The translations under genes and the position numbers were made by a program. From the human T2T-CHM13v2.0 reference genome, Homo sapiens, in the NCBI RefSeq assembly GCF_009914755.1, contig NC_060925.1: DNA of 64,000 bases; one strand, written 5' to 3'. Of the stretch, positions 1-19,484 are shown one piece after another (the first letter of the stretch is position 1; each line of letters starts with the position of its first letter). The notes beneath the pieces are model-generated. The model made no database searches. It was not told where the DNA came from and was given only the letters and a program-made list of their open reading frames with translations.

Positions 1-3000
1 CCCTGTCTACTTGTGGGGAAGGTAAAGTGGGAAGGAAGATCTTGGACCCCAGTGTCCAGAATTGATTGATTGTGCAGGATCCACCTGGGGAAATAGCAAG
101 AGGAAAGCTTCGTGAGCTGTCCATAGTAATGGCCATGCACACACCCACATTCCCCTGTCCATATCACTCAAAAATATTCAACAAACACCTACTATGTGCC
201 AGGCAGTATGCCAGATGGGGGGCACAGCTGTATAGAAACAGAAATGAACTGTGACTTTAGGAATTTATAGTCTAATTTACTGAATGTTCAAAACATGTGG
301 CTGCTTTTATTATTACCTGGATTTCAGTAATGAGAAAATGATTACAGAGGAGTAGAAACTTCTGTTAAAAATAAAACACCCACTGAGAGTCAAAGATGGA
401 TTAGACTCTTTCTCTACTCCAATACTCCCTGTCCCAGGTGCCTCTGAAATATTACCTGGGGCTGGCCCTGTCCACCCTTCAGTCATCGCCCAAGGTGATG
501 GTGCTGGTGGATGGAGCACTGGACTTGGACTCAGGAGCCTCAAGCCTCAGGCTCACTATATATGTTGATAGAAACTTAAAGTCTCTGAGCCTCAATTTTT
601 TTCTGTTGTAAGGTGGGAGCATAATCTTTATGCTACGTACCTAATAGATTTAAGTCATTCTTTCATTCAGCAAATGTTTCTTGAGCTCATAATTTAGAGG
701 CTAAAGGCAGAAAACTAAAACTGTTCAATAAAATATCATAAGGCTTTACTAGGGAAGTGAAATATCCATCCAGGAAAGGAAAAATCTAAAAAGGAAGAAT
801 GAGGTCTTGAAGAGTAATAGGAGTTAACCGGGTAGAGAGTCCTAGGTAGAGGGACAAGCACCGAGAAAATCATGGAGATCACAGATAGAGGAGCAAGGGA
901 TGGGACATTTTATCTTCAAGTTCTGCACTCTCACTTTTTTCATGATTTATTTTCTCTAAGATCAAATTCAATGTCCAGAGTTCAGAGAGTAAGACACAAC
1001 AGATATTTCTTGAAAAATTCCTCGGAAGTTTTAGAAGCCAGCTCTCACTGGGATCACAAGTTTCCTCCTGACCTGCTCTTTCACCCACCTTAAGTCTTAC
1101 TCCCATCACTTTCCCCTTTGTGCCCCTGCCTTGTGACAAGAAATTCATTATAAAACTCATAGGGCCAGAGTTCTTTTCATTCTCCTCTAAGTCCTGGATG
1201 CCATGCAAAACCAACGGCAGAAGGCCATGCAACAACGTACACCCCATTTCAGCTGCCTTTCGTTTAGTTCTGTTGCTCCTTTTCCTCACTACATCATCCG
1301 GACACTGACACTTTTCATGCTGGGCTCAGCACCTGGTTTTTATTCACCCCCTGAGATACAGCAGCAGAAAGAGGTGTAGAGTCATAGTGCCTGTCTGTGA
1401 AACCTGGTTTTGGCTGTTTCTGTCTTTGGGTACTCATTTCTTAAAACAGTTGAGTTCATAATGTGGTAATATACAACATGTAGCGGGCACTGGCTATGTT
1501 CTAGGCATTGAACAAACAACTTTACATACTTTCTATCACAACAACTCTACGAAACTGTTTCTTAAAAAGAAATCTGATATTGTACATATAGAAACTAAGG
1601 CATGAAGAGGGCAGCTGCAACACTAGTGTCCCCCTGTTGGTAAGAGGTACAGCCAGGATTCTAACCCAGGCAGTCTGGCTCAGGAGACTTTGCTGTTCAC
1701 CATCCATGTAAAGGAGATAATGATTAGGTTGAGCATCCAGGCCAGGTGGCAGCTCCTAAACATTCCAGGTGACATTTCATGTTTGCCATGTTTCTTCCAG
1801 TGTTTCCAAGTAGCAGGATGAGGTGTCAGGTTATCAACTACACATATTGACATAAATGCAAGCAAGCCTCTCTATTCGGGGTGGTTTCTGTGTGAAAGTG
1901 AATGGCAAAACTTGGGGCTAGGAGTAACATAGTCATTGAAAATGATGTTTATGGAGAATGTTTAATGATATGAATAAGAGTATAACAAAGCAATAAAAGC
2001 AGAATATAGAACTGTATGTAGAGTATGAGCTTCCATCTTAGAAAATTGTCCTTGTGATTGTCAAGGTTTATCAACAACTAAATATCTTTCCAATTCATTT
2101 GTTACCCAGACACTTCCACCAGAAACTCTTGGAAGGTGGTAACTCAGCATCTATGTCTTTTGCTTCCCATGGTATGAAGCAGAGGCCTGTGCCTGTTTAT
2201 GATGCCCAAGGAATACCTGCTGATTGGACAAACGAGGGAGAGTAGGAATGAGTCAGATTTTGGATGGGTTACATCACCATCCTGAAGAGACTCAGATCAG
2301 TTTTGGGTGCCACACTGTAAAAAGGAACTTGGTATTTTTGTTGCTGAAAGCTTCCTTGTTCAGCGTTTAGGCAAAACAAAGGCTGAGGGAGGCAGTTGAT
2401 CCCCGTGGTGGCACTTTGAAGCAGTTTCTCCTGTGGGTAGATGAGCCCAGGCACTTGTTTTCTGGGGTTTGATAAAGTTGAGTTTGATGCTGATGCAATC
2501 TTACATATCTTGTTTATGTCTACTCCTTTACAAAAACTGAATAGCCCATGCAGAAGTATTTTTTTTGTAAATGTTAAAGTGATTTATTTACTAAGGAATT
2601 CATCTTTTTCCTGTGGAGTTTATTCAAAAGATATTTTAAAATTATAGATTCAGGAGGTACATGTACATGTTTGTTACATGGATATATTGTGTAACACCGG
2701 GGTTTGGACTTCTACTGAACCTATCACCAAGATAGTGAACATAGTACCCAATAGGTAGCTTTTCAACCCTTGCCCTCCTTGCTTTATCCCACTTTTGGAG
2801 CCTCCAGTGTCTATTGTTTCCATCTTTATGTTCATGTGTATCCACTGTTTAGCTCCCACTTACAAGTAATAACATGCATGCAGTATTTGATTTTCTGTCT
2901 GGGGAATTATTTCATTTAGGATAATGGCCTCCAGCTGCATCCATTTTGCTGTGAAGAACATGATTTCATTCTTTTTATGGCGTATATATACTGCATTTTC

Positions 3001-3545
3001 TTTATCCAGTCCACTGTTGATGGACTCTTAGGTTGATTCAATGCCTTTACTATTGTGAAGAGTGCTGCCGTAAACATACATGTGTCTTTTCGAGAAAATG
3101 ATTTCTTTTCCTTTGGATAGATACCTAGCAGCGGGATTGTTGCGTTTAATGGTAGTTCTATTTCTAGTTCTTTGAGAAATTTCTATAATGTTTCCCAAAG
3201 GGTTGGACTAATTTACATTACCTCTAACAGTGGATAAGTGTTCCCTTTTCTACGTATCTTTGCCAACATTTGATATTTTTAGACTCTGTGATATGGCCAT
3301 TCTGACCAGCTTGAGATAGTATCTCTGTGGTTTTAATTTGCATTCCTCTGGTGATTATTGATGTTGAGCATTTTTTCATATTTTTGTTGGCCACTTTTAT
3401 GTCCTTTTGAGAAGGGTCTGTTCATGTTCTTTGTCCATTTATCATTTTTTTTATTTTTGAAAGGAGGTGTTTTTTATTAAAAATAAGGAGCTAATACAGT
3501 TTTGATTTAGTATTATGCATAAAGTGAAGATTAGTGGTTTATTAG

Positions 3546-3810
<265 letters not shown>

Positions 3811-4425
3811 ATTTGCCCATTTGTAAATAGAGTTATTAGTTTTTTCTTTTTGAGCTTTTTAAGTTTCCTATAGATTCTAAAAATTAGTCCTTTTTCACAT
3901 GCATAGTTTGCAAATATTTTCTCCCCTCCTGTAGGTTGTCTGTTTACTCTGTTGATTTTTTCTTTTGCTGTGGAGAAGATCTTTAGTTTTATTAAGTCCA
4001 GTTTGTTTATTTCTGTTTTGGTTGCATTTGCTTATGAGATCTTAGTCATAAATTCTTTGTATTGGCCAGAAGAGTATTTCCTAAGTTTTCTTCTAGGATT
4101 TTTATACTTTCATGTCTCATATTTAAATCTTTAATCCATCTTGAGTGAATTTTTGTATATGGTGAGGAGTCCAGTTTTATTTTGTATATAGCTAGCCAGT
4201 TTTCCCAGTATCATTTATTGAATTGGGTATTCTTTCCCCATTATTTATTTTTGGTGCCTTTCTTGAAGATCTGGTTTGTATAGGTATGTGGCTTTATTTC
4301 TAGGCTCTCTATTCTGTCCCATTGATCTATGTGTCTATTTTTGTACAAGTACCATGTTGATTTGGTTACTATAGCCTTGTAGTAGAATTTTAAATTAGGT
4401 AATTTGATGCCTTGGGCTTGCTTTC

Positions 4426-4426
<1 letters not shown>

Positions 4427-4463
<37 letters not shown>
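4427..4463. repeat. (TG)n microsatellite
   Basis: Run of about 17 TG units. Confidence 0.95.
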
Positions 4464-4467
<4 letters not shown>

Positions 4468-5264
4468 GGTGCTGAGAACACTTTAGCTATTTGGCTTCTT
4501 TTTTCAGCTCCATATGAATTTTGGAGATTGTTTCAGTAAATTCAATACCAGCTCTTCTCTGTTCACCTGGTAGTATTTGGCTGTAACCCATCTGGCCCCA
4601 GACTTTTCTTGATAGGTAGACTTTTTATTACTGATTCAATTTTGTAACTTATAATTGACATATTCAAAATTTCAATGTCTTCCTGGTTCAATCTTGGGAT
4701 TTTGTGTTTCCAGGAGTTTTCCCACTTCCACTAGGCTTTCTAGTTTGTGTGTATTGAGATGTTTATAGTAGTCGCTGAGGATCTTTTTTATTTCTGTGTT
4801 ATCAGTTGTAATGTTACCTTTGTTATTTCTGATTGTTCTTATTTCAATCTCCTCTCTTTTTTTCTTTGTTCATCTACCTAGTGGTCTATCAACTTTGTTT
4901 ATGGTTTCAAATAACCAACTTTTCACATTGGTCCTTTGTATGATTTTTTGGTCTCGATTTTATTTAGTTCTGCTCTGATCTTTGTTATTTCTTTTCTTCT
5001 AGTTGCTTTGGGTTTGTTATTGTTTTTATAGTTCCTTAGGTGTGGCATTAGGTTGTTAATTTGAGATCTTTTTATATTTTTGATGTAGGCATTTAGAGCT
5101 GAATACTATGAATACATTCTGCAATTTGTGGGCTGTCTTTTAACTCTTTTTCTTTTTTTTTTTTAACTTGTACATGGTATAGGAAAGGGTCCATCTTCAA
5201 TCACATATGGATATCCAGTTTTACCCCCTCCTTGTCCACCATCCCTATCTCTTTGGTGACAAGG

Positions 5265-5780
5265 GACTTGCCTTGTCTCAGATGAGAATTTGGAGCTGGA
5301 CTTTTGAGTTAATGCTAGAATGAGTTAAGACTTTGTGGGATGATTGGGAAGGCATGATTGGTTTTGAAATGTGAGAAGGACATGAGATTTGAGAGGGGCC
5401 GGGGTGGAATGATGTGGTTTGGCTCTGTACCCCTACTCAAATCTCATCTTGAATTGTAATCCCCATGTGTCAAGGAGGGACCTGGTGGGAGGTGATCGGA
5501 TCATGGAGGTGGTTTCCTCCATGCTGTTCTCATGATAATGAGGGGAGTTCTCACAAGATCTGATGATTTTAGAGGTGTTTGGCAATTCCCTTTCATGCTC
5601 TGTCCCTCACCTACTACCATGTAAGGTGCGCTTTGACTCTCCTTTGCCTTCCACCATGATTTTATGTTTCCTGAGGCCTCCCTAGTCATGCAGAACTGTG
5701 AGTCAATGAAACCTTCTTTTGTTATAAACAACTCCGTGTCAGGTAGTATCTTTTTAGCAGTGTGAAAACAGATAAATACA
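5265..5780 (+). mobile_element. MaLR THE1-type LTR (5410-5780) with the adjacent 3' end of its internal region
   Basis: tgatgtggtttggctctgtacccc...ctcatcttgaattgtaatcccc...gtgaaaacagataaataca, preceded by a polypurine tract (gagaggggccggggtggaa). Confidence 0.8.
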
Positions 5781-5789
5781 AGCGGCCAG

Positions 5790-6000
5790 TAATGCAAGAA
5801 AGGCAGCTCTAGAGGTGAAAGGCCTATGGGATGGACTCTCCTCTATGCTTTCTGGGGGGTTTGGCCCGGCCCACAACTTGTTTTCACTCATAGAAACCCA
5901 TTTCCAACTTTGACCTCCAGAACTATAAGAGAATAAAAAGATATTATTTTAAATCACTGAGGTTGTGGTAGTTTATTATAGTGGCAATAAGAAACCTCTA
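5790..6000 (+). mobile_element. MLT1-type LTR fragment
   Basis: tgacctccagaactataagagaataaa...gtagtttattatagtggcaataagaaac resembles an MLT1 3' end. Confidence 0.6.
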
Positions 6001-6287
6001 CGGATACAGACAAGCAGGCAGAAGAAAGAAGACAGATATAGGGGCAGACAAGCTGGAGGGCAGGCAGAAATTGGGAGTTGGGTGGGGATTCAGGGATGCA
6101 GTTGGGTAGGAGACAGGTAGAGAAGCAGGTAGGGAGCCTGGAGAAAGGTGAGGGAGAGAATTGCAGACAGACTGGGGTACAGAAGGCAGGACAACATACA
6201 GGTGGGAAGAAGGCAGGTGGGTGGATAGAAAGAAGGATATAGGCAAACAAGCAGGGAACAGAAAGAAAGGATGGCATGTAGAGGACT

Positions 6288-6477
6288 TCAGATCTGGTTC
6301 TTGTCCTCACAAGTATTAGGGAGCCTCTTAACATGCAGGTGTATCCCATTGTTGAATTTCAACACCATTTGTGGTAAGAGGATAGGGATACTGGCAGGAT
6401 CAGAAAACAGCTTAAAGTTGAGTAGGGTCAGGGCCACCTTAAGCTCGTTCATGGCAAATTGTTTCCCGATGCAGTTC
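6288..6477 (-). pseudogene. CYP4A27P: Solitary CYP4A exon-12 relic (probably CYP4A27P / CYP4A-se3[12])
   Basis: Translates to [63 protein letters not shown], closely matching the CYP4A11/22 C-terminus including the heme-ligand Cys. Intact acceptor ctggctcAG|G at 6479-6477. No exons 3-11 seen nearby. Symbol assigned from recalled locus order. Confidence 0.85.
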
Positions 6478-8388
6478 CTGAGCCAGGCAGAGACAATGAA
6501 TTGAGATGTGGTTTCAGGCCCCATTTTGTACTGGACAGGCTCTGGCCTGTAAGCTCCAGTCTGAAGCTGAGTATTCAGGGTCCACCTTCATTTATCCAAG
6601 CCTTGGTTCACACTTTCCCCTGACCTTGGACAGAACCTACCAGTCTTGCTCTTAATTCCTACCTCTGCTCTCAGCAGGCCTGAACCACTCTGTCAGGACA
6701 GGGCCTGGGCTCTAAGGCACAGAGTCTAATCACATGGATGGATAAAGAGTTAATCAATGGTTTGTTCACTCTTCCACAAACATTTCTGGTTCCCTAGTGT
6801 GGAGGCCAGTTCAGGTCACTGTAGGGTGAGGATGGGCCATAATCAGGCGTTCCCTTTATAGGGAGACCGACAGGCACCCAGATCCTCAGAGCTGGGCCAA
6901 GGCGGGTATGGGCAGCGGAGTCAGAAGGGCTTTGGGGAGGCTTCCTAGAGGGGCAGTGGGTGGGTGGTCCTCAGCTGTTGCCCCACCTGCCTCCCACTCC
7001 AGGGTCTAAGCTCCTGCCTTGCCCTTACGCCTCGGTCCAATAGCACCTGTAGCTTTCTAATTCTACTTCAGAAGTTTTTCTTCTTTGTCATCCCTCAGTC
7101 TTCTTGCCTGGACTTTCTGGATCCCTGCTTCTCCTTCCTCCACACTGAAGCCACAGTCCAGCTCAGACCCTCCCACGCTCTTCATCACAGCGGGGACAGC
7201 GTCCCAATACCTCATCTGGCAGCCAAACCCTCCATGGCCTGTTGCCTCACCCACTTCTTACCTGTCCAACCCATGTCCTAACCCTCTTCATGTGGAGATG
7301 GCTGAGAACATCCTCCCTCCACCTCTGCCTTCTGCATCGTCAAGGCTAAGGCCAGGGCCCAGCTTCCTCTCGCCCTCTATTGGCTGTGCCTCTCCCTCTC
7401 TAAACATCCAGGCAGCGTTCGTGATTTATCCACTGACAGTTATAATTGAGTGCCTAGGACAGTGCCAGGGACAGGGACACTCAATGAGCCATTCATTTAG
7501 TGACCGAGTGAGTGAAAGAATGGATAAGGGAGCAATGTGTCTGGAGCATAGGATGTATTTCTGTACAACACATTTTTGTCCTTGACTATGAACTCTTCAA
7601 GGCAGGGTCAGTACCTGTTATCTCTCTTTTCCCATCACACTGCACAGGACTTGACCCACAGAGGTAGGCTTAATAAACACTTTTATATTTGAATGAAGTT
7701 GCTTAGGTTTTGAAAAATGAATAAAATCGAATGGAATACAGTGAGAATAATTCTTAGTTCTGAGCTAGAAATTGAGCTTAGGGATGCTCTCCTGTCCTCT
7801 AGTGGCAGTGACATGATTGGCAGCCAATGCTTAGGAGGAAGTTCTCATCCTGGGATAAACCAATGCCTAAAAATTACTGTCTGTAAGAACAATTTGCTTG
7901 AAGCCTGTCCTGTGAAATTGGAGTCATCATTAGGGAATTTACAGAATTACTTATTTAGAAAAACCTTGTTTCTACTGTTTACATCCTTTTTTGCATTTGT
8001 ACTTCAAAGGACCATTCCTGCAGCCTTTGAGAATTTCTAAAGCATCCATTTTGGAGTGTATGTGTCCAGCTGAATAGCTCATTCAAATGTGTTTTATGTT
8101 TTACACAACAGGATCCTTCAAATGCTATGTGTTATATGCTAAAAAGGGAGTTTTCCTCAAACACGGTTTATTGTCCTCATTTTGGTGTTTCTGTCAATAT
8201 TGTGATATGTGGACTATTGGACTATGCTATAGAGATCCCACTGCATCTAAACAATTTTGTCAAATTAAAAAGTAGTTATAAATATGTGAATATTATAATG
8301 CAGTGGACATTTGTTTGGCAAGACAGATCCAGAGGCATGTACACAAGAGGGAAGAGCTGCTACAGCTGGAGTGTGGTTTCTCTCTCAC

Positions 8389-8550
8389 TTGATCTCCCTA
8401 GAATCACCTCCATCTTGTCAGGGTCATATAATAGGAAGTGAACTTTGCGCCCCCCACAGCAAGTGAGAACAGGATCACAGAAATCTCTCTTTGGGTAGAT
8501 TCAGAAATCTACCCATTTCTGAAATTGTTTTAGCTCCTGGTCTGTTGGTT
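8389..8550 (-). pseudogene. CYP4A44P: Solitary degenerate CYP4A exon-2 relic (probably CYP4A44P / CYP4A-se4[2])
   Basis: Minus strand ccaacagaccaggagctaaaacaatttcagaaatgggtaga...gctgtggggggcgcaaagttcac...tatgaccctgacaagatggaggtgattctagggagatcaa|GTGAG resembles CYP4A11 exon 2 (QDQELQRIQKWV...[23 protein letters not shown]). Frameshifts and an insertion present. Not in the ORF track. Confidence 0.8.
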
Positions 8551-8839
8551 TCTCTGTCACCAAGAGAAACACAGATCAATGAAAACTTTCATTTAGTTCT
8601 CATCATTGGATTGGAGTAAAGGGCAATTGATCACAGGGAGATCATTCTGAATCAATCAGCAGAAGTTAGAAATTTGGAACTGTTTCTGTGGACCTGGAAA
8701 GTGATCCAGGCTCCTGCTGTCTCCCGGCACTTAACTTGAGCCAGAAATTGTCCCCATATTGGGTGAACTGTATGGCTCAGAGGAGCTACCGGTGTCAGAA
8801 ACCACAGGTCCCTGCAATTTCCATCTCCTCTTAATTGTT

Positions 8840-9345
8840 GGATTAGGCCATTCTTGAATTACCATAAATACCTGAGGCTAAGAGTAATTTATTTTTAAAA
8901 AATATTTAATTGGCTCATGATTCTGCAGGCTGTACAAGCATGATGCCGGCAACTGCTCAGCTTCTGGAAAGACCTAAGGGGGTTTTTACTCATGTCATAA
9001 GGCAAAGTGGGAGCAGGCACATCACAGGGCAAAGCCAGGAGCAAAAGAGAGAGTAGGGTGGGGAGGTGCCACACTTTACAACAACCAGGTCTCACAAGAA
9101 CTTACTCACTATTGTGAGGACAGCACCAAGCCGTGAAGGATCTGCCCCCATAACCCAAACACCTCCCGCCAGGACCCACCTCCAACAATAGGATATTTCA
9201 ACATGAGATTTGAGCAGAGATAAATATCCAAACTATATCATTCTACCCTTCCCTCTCCACCGTCCCCGCCAAAAAATCTCAGATCCTTCTCACGTTACAA
9301 AATACAATCATGCCTTCACAACAGGTAGCTAACAGTCTCAACTTG
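8840..9345 (-). mobile_element. MaLR MST-type LTR (to ~9240) plus a short stretch of internal sequence
   Basis: ttaattggctcatgattctgcaggctgtacaagcatg...cactattgtgaggacagcaccaag...aaatatccaaactatatca. Confidence 0.75.
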
Positions 9346-11841
9346 AGCCAAGAAAATGGGGTCTGGAGACAGAGAACATAAGGCTAATTCATGCTGGCTT
9401 CCTAGAACTAAATCAAATGGAAACACTTCAGCTATGCTAGGAAATATCTTCTCCATTTACATAGGGTGTACACCTAGTAAATGTCTTTGTAACTTTATCC
9501 TCTTCATTTACATAGGGTGTATACCAAGCAACCAATGGAAACCTGTAAAGGGTATTTAAACCCCAGAAAATTCTGTAACGGGGCTCTTGAGCCCCTGTGC
9601 TCGGGGCCGCTCCCATCTTGTGGAGCGTACTTTCATTTTCAATAGAGCTTTGCTTTTGTTGCTTCATTCTTTCCTTGCTTTGTGTGTTTTGTCCAATTCT
9701 TTGTTCAAGACACCAAGAACCTAGACACCCTCCACCAGTAACATATTCTAGTGAGCCAGCCAGGAGGTAAGCCCAAAGTTTGGGATTTATTTTTCACCTT
9801 TTCCTTTCTGCTTCATACAAAGGAATCTCTCCCTCTCTCTCTCTTTTCCTTTCCAACTCAGGACGCTTGGTGGGCAGCACCTAAACCCAGAGGCAACTGC
9901 AGATGTCTGGCCATGGCCAGTGAAATTAAGAGGTTTCCATGTGGAGGTGCCTAGCTGCAACTGCCTGTTAGCTTAAAGGACCTGAGTCTTTTTGCCTTTT
10001 TTTTTTAATTTATTTATTTCTTTTTCTGTCTTTCAGCTGCTGTTTCTAGTAGCTCCTTGGAAATTGAGGCCACCTGGCTGCAGCCACTCTTTTGTGTTGC
10101 CTGAAAGCCAAGGAGTAAAGGCAGATAATTGCCCTGGCTGGAAGGAGGAAGGACTCTTTTCTATCTTTTCCAGTTGTGGTCCCTTATCCCTACATGTGGT
10201 GCAGCTCAGCGCAAATGTGCACATGTTTCAGATTATTTAAACTTTGTTTTCTTATGCTAAATTCTTCCCTTACCCTACTTGACTGGCTAAGGACAAAAGA
10301 AACCCACCCAGCCTCCAGTTCCTATATCACTAGTGGAATGGGAAGCCACAAATTATAAGGTGGCTAGAAGTTGAGGCCTTCATCCAGGGACAAAAGGAAA
10401 GCTCATGGTAGGCCATCACCTCTGGAGGGAAAACATGTAATTGGCACCAGTGTCCACCTAAGGTCAGAGACATCTGATACTCTAAGATTGGACCTCAAAG
10501 GGGGATGCCCTGAGGAATCCTCTGGACCTCAACCTCTCCAAAGGGGATGCACTCAGAAGAGGTTCTGAGGTCTAGTACTAAGCAGTCCTTAGAATTTTCT
10601 CTTGGAGTTGCAATACTGTTTGGCCTCAATATTGCTTGGAATCTAGAGTTTACCATTGAATGGGAAAGTGGGATGGTGTTGCATGTATCCAGACTTAGGT
10701 GCTGCTGTCCCAAGCAGGGGGCTTGGTTAATGTGTGATGCTCTCCTTTGGTGATGTTTGGCCCCAGTGCTCTTTGGAGTCTGGGGGTTTGGCCTTTAAAA
10801 ATCAAACTGCCATGGAGACTGCTTTACCCAAAATTTTGGATCACAGTCTTTATTGGATTATCTATTGGGGCAAAGTAAAGCCGGTGAGCTTTATTGCTAT
10901 CTCATGGCTAGCATTCCAAGCTATTGGATCTTCATTTATATGTGTGTATACAAGTCTAGATGTGTTTATTTGTATGTACACTTATTGTTATATGTTGTGA
11001 CTAGCAAATTGGCTTATAAGTAAAAGAGTGGTCATATATTAAATGATTAAGTGTAAGCAATTTTCAAGTTCAGGTAACTTAAGTATAACTTTACTAAAAA
11101 AGCTGGCTTTAAAATTATCGGTGGAACAAAACCAGAAATGCCTTCAGAATTGTCAGCATACATTTTGTCTGAATTTTATATTTGTCTTTGCTAGACATTT
11201 TGAGATGTCAGTGTTTGGCATAGAAAGTTATAAAACTATAAGCCCAGTCAAAACAAAATGATTTGACTTGTGTGCCTTTTTTGACAAATGAGAGTAATTT
11301 AATGTTAGCTAAATCTCCTGAGTTATTGGCAAAAATACCTATGTATTTAACTTTGAGACATGTACTTAGGTTTAGGTGAGCACCTGATGTTCACTGGCTA
11401 TTAGAAACATGGTTAACAAGGGAATCACTAACTTTAAAATGATAGTGTCTAATATCTCAGTTTACAGAAGTAATCTAGATAAACTGTTAAAAGTGAAAGA
11501 ATCGAGTCCAGTGAATGGGGTAAATGTTTTACATAAACTTTTTGTGTAAATTAAAATCTTAAAATTATTTTTGATCCTCATTTAATATCTGGGTCATTTC
11601 CAATGAAGAAAGGTTTGTGATATAAGGAAATATGGTTCTAAAAACTGTGGAATTGTTCTTATCTATAAGTGCCCACATCTGATAGTTCAGGATTTCTTGC
11701 TTTTTGGGATTTCACTAAAGTTTTAGGTTACCAAGCATAAGAATTCTAGTAGACACATAATTCTGTATACAAAATGTCCCAGAAAGCGTTATGTTATTAG
11801 TGAGAAAAAGAATAACTTTGTCTGATTCAGAAGTTATCTAA
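9346..11841 (+). mobile_element. ERV1 remnant: MER41-type LTR (ends 9743) followed by MER41-like internal region, truncated at the L1
   Basis: LTR end ...gttcaagacaccaagaacctagacaccctccaccagtaaca; internal tandem catttacatagggtgta; PBS/splice-donor leader gagccagccaggagGTAAG; AT-rich MER4-group internal sequence. Confidence 0.7.
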
Positions 11842-17966
<6,125 letters not shown>

Positions 17967-18518
17967 TATCGATATTCAAAGAAAGAAAAAACCAGACTGA
18001 AAAAAAAAAGGTCTGGCATAGATGTGAAGTAATACACATGCCAGTCCCTTTGCAACAGCTCCCAAGAGCCCACTGATCCAGGGACCAAGGTTTTTTAGCT
18101 TATTTGTCCTTATTTGTGAAATGAGGCTTATACTGCCCTGTATTTCACAGAGTGGTCTGGAGGACTGAAAGATAAAAGATATGTAAAAGTGACATATTAG
18201 GTAAGCTCTTATAGTTTCCACTTCCTGGTACTTGGGAGTGAGTTTTTAAAAAATTACAAGTCTAAGAGTCAGTTTGCCCAAAGTTGCATTGTCTCTAACA
18301 AAAAATAAAGTCCTTTACTTAGTCTTCCTACTTATTTCTATACATTTAAACATTTTTTTTCCTACGTTTTGTTGTTGTTGTTTTTCTGTATCAGCACATA
18401 AATAAGTAGTTACCAGCTTTCAGCTTCACTCTAGGGGAAAGGTCACCATACCGTTTTCTCGATGGTAGGCTGTTGTGGCTGGTTCATTCCGAGTTTGTTG
18501 GTGGTGGTGTTTGCTTTT

Positions 18519-18606
18519 AAAGTGAAAGCAAGTTTATTGGGAAGGTAAAGGAATAAAGAATGGCTACTCAATAGGCAAAGCAGCCCCAAGAGCTGCTGGT
18601 TGCCAT
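18519..18606 (-). mobile_element. Short MER4-group LTR fragment
   Basis: aagtgaaagcaagtttatt...gaataaagaatggctactcaataggcaaagcagcccc. Confidence 0.5.
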
Positions 18607-19129
18607 AAATTTTGGCAAATTTATGACTCACTATATATGTCTGCGTAATGTCAAAAAGTGGTAGGGGAGAGGTCTTAGGATGCATTGGAGGCACAGTGTG
18701 ATACAGAAGACAGACTTTGGGAGCCACATATGACCAAGGTCAAGTTATTTCGTTTCTCAGGCTTCAACTTGCTCATTTGTAAAGCGGAAATAGTGAGGCC
18801 TACTTGGGACAACAGAGATAGCACATGTAAGATTCCTGGCACATAGTAAGAGTTCAGTGTTATTTGATATTATTATTATTCCAGATAAGAGTCTAACTTG
18901 GCAGAAGCTGATGTGTCAGTTACACCATAAGTTACATTACTTATGTGATGTTCAAACAATATTATTATTTTTGAAATACACCCAAGTTGGACAAATATGA
19001 GAATTGCTTAAGGCATTTGACTTACTATTGAGTAAGTTAATTGTTTAACTTATTATCCAAAATAGCAATTTATTTAATTTGATGTTAAGCAAATAAACTC
19101 TTTCATCAGATGGGGAAGGTGAAGTTTAA

Positions 19130-19484
<355 letters not shown>

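Noticed and set aside
1-260. Possible promoter remnant of a further CYP4A exon-1 relic just outside the window
   Set aside because: No exon-1 coding sequence is visible inside the window; cannot be supported from this sequence.
5954-6349. 131-aa and 82-aa minus-strand ORFs
   Set aside because: Low-complexity pyrimidine-rich tract (3'UTR-like part of the CYP4A relic) that lacks stops by composition.
7085-7585. 166-aa Pro/Ser-rich ORF
   Set aside because: Non-ATG start, no recognisable domain or splice structure; C-rich composition explains it.
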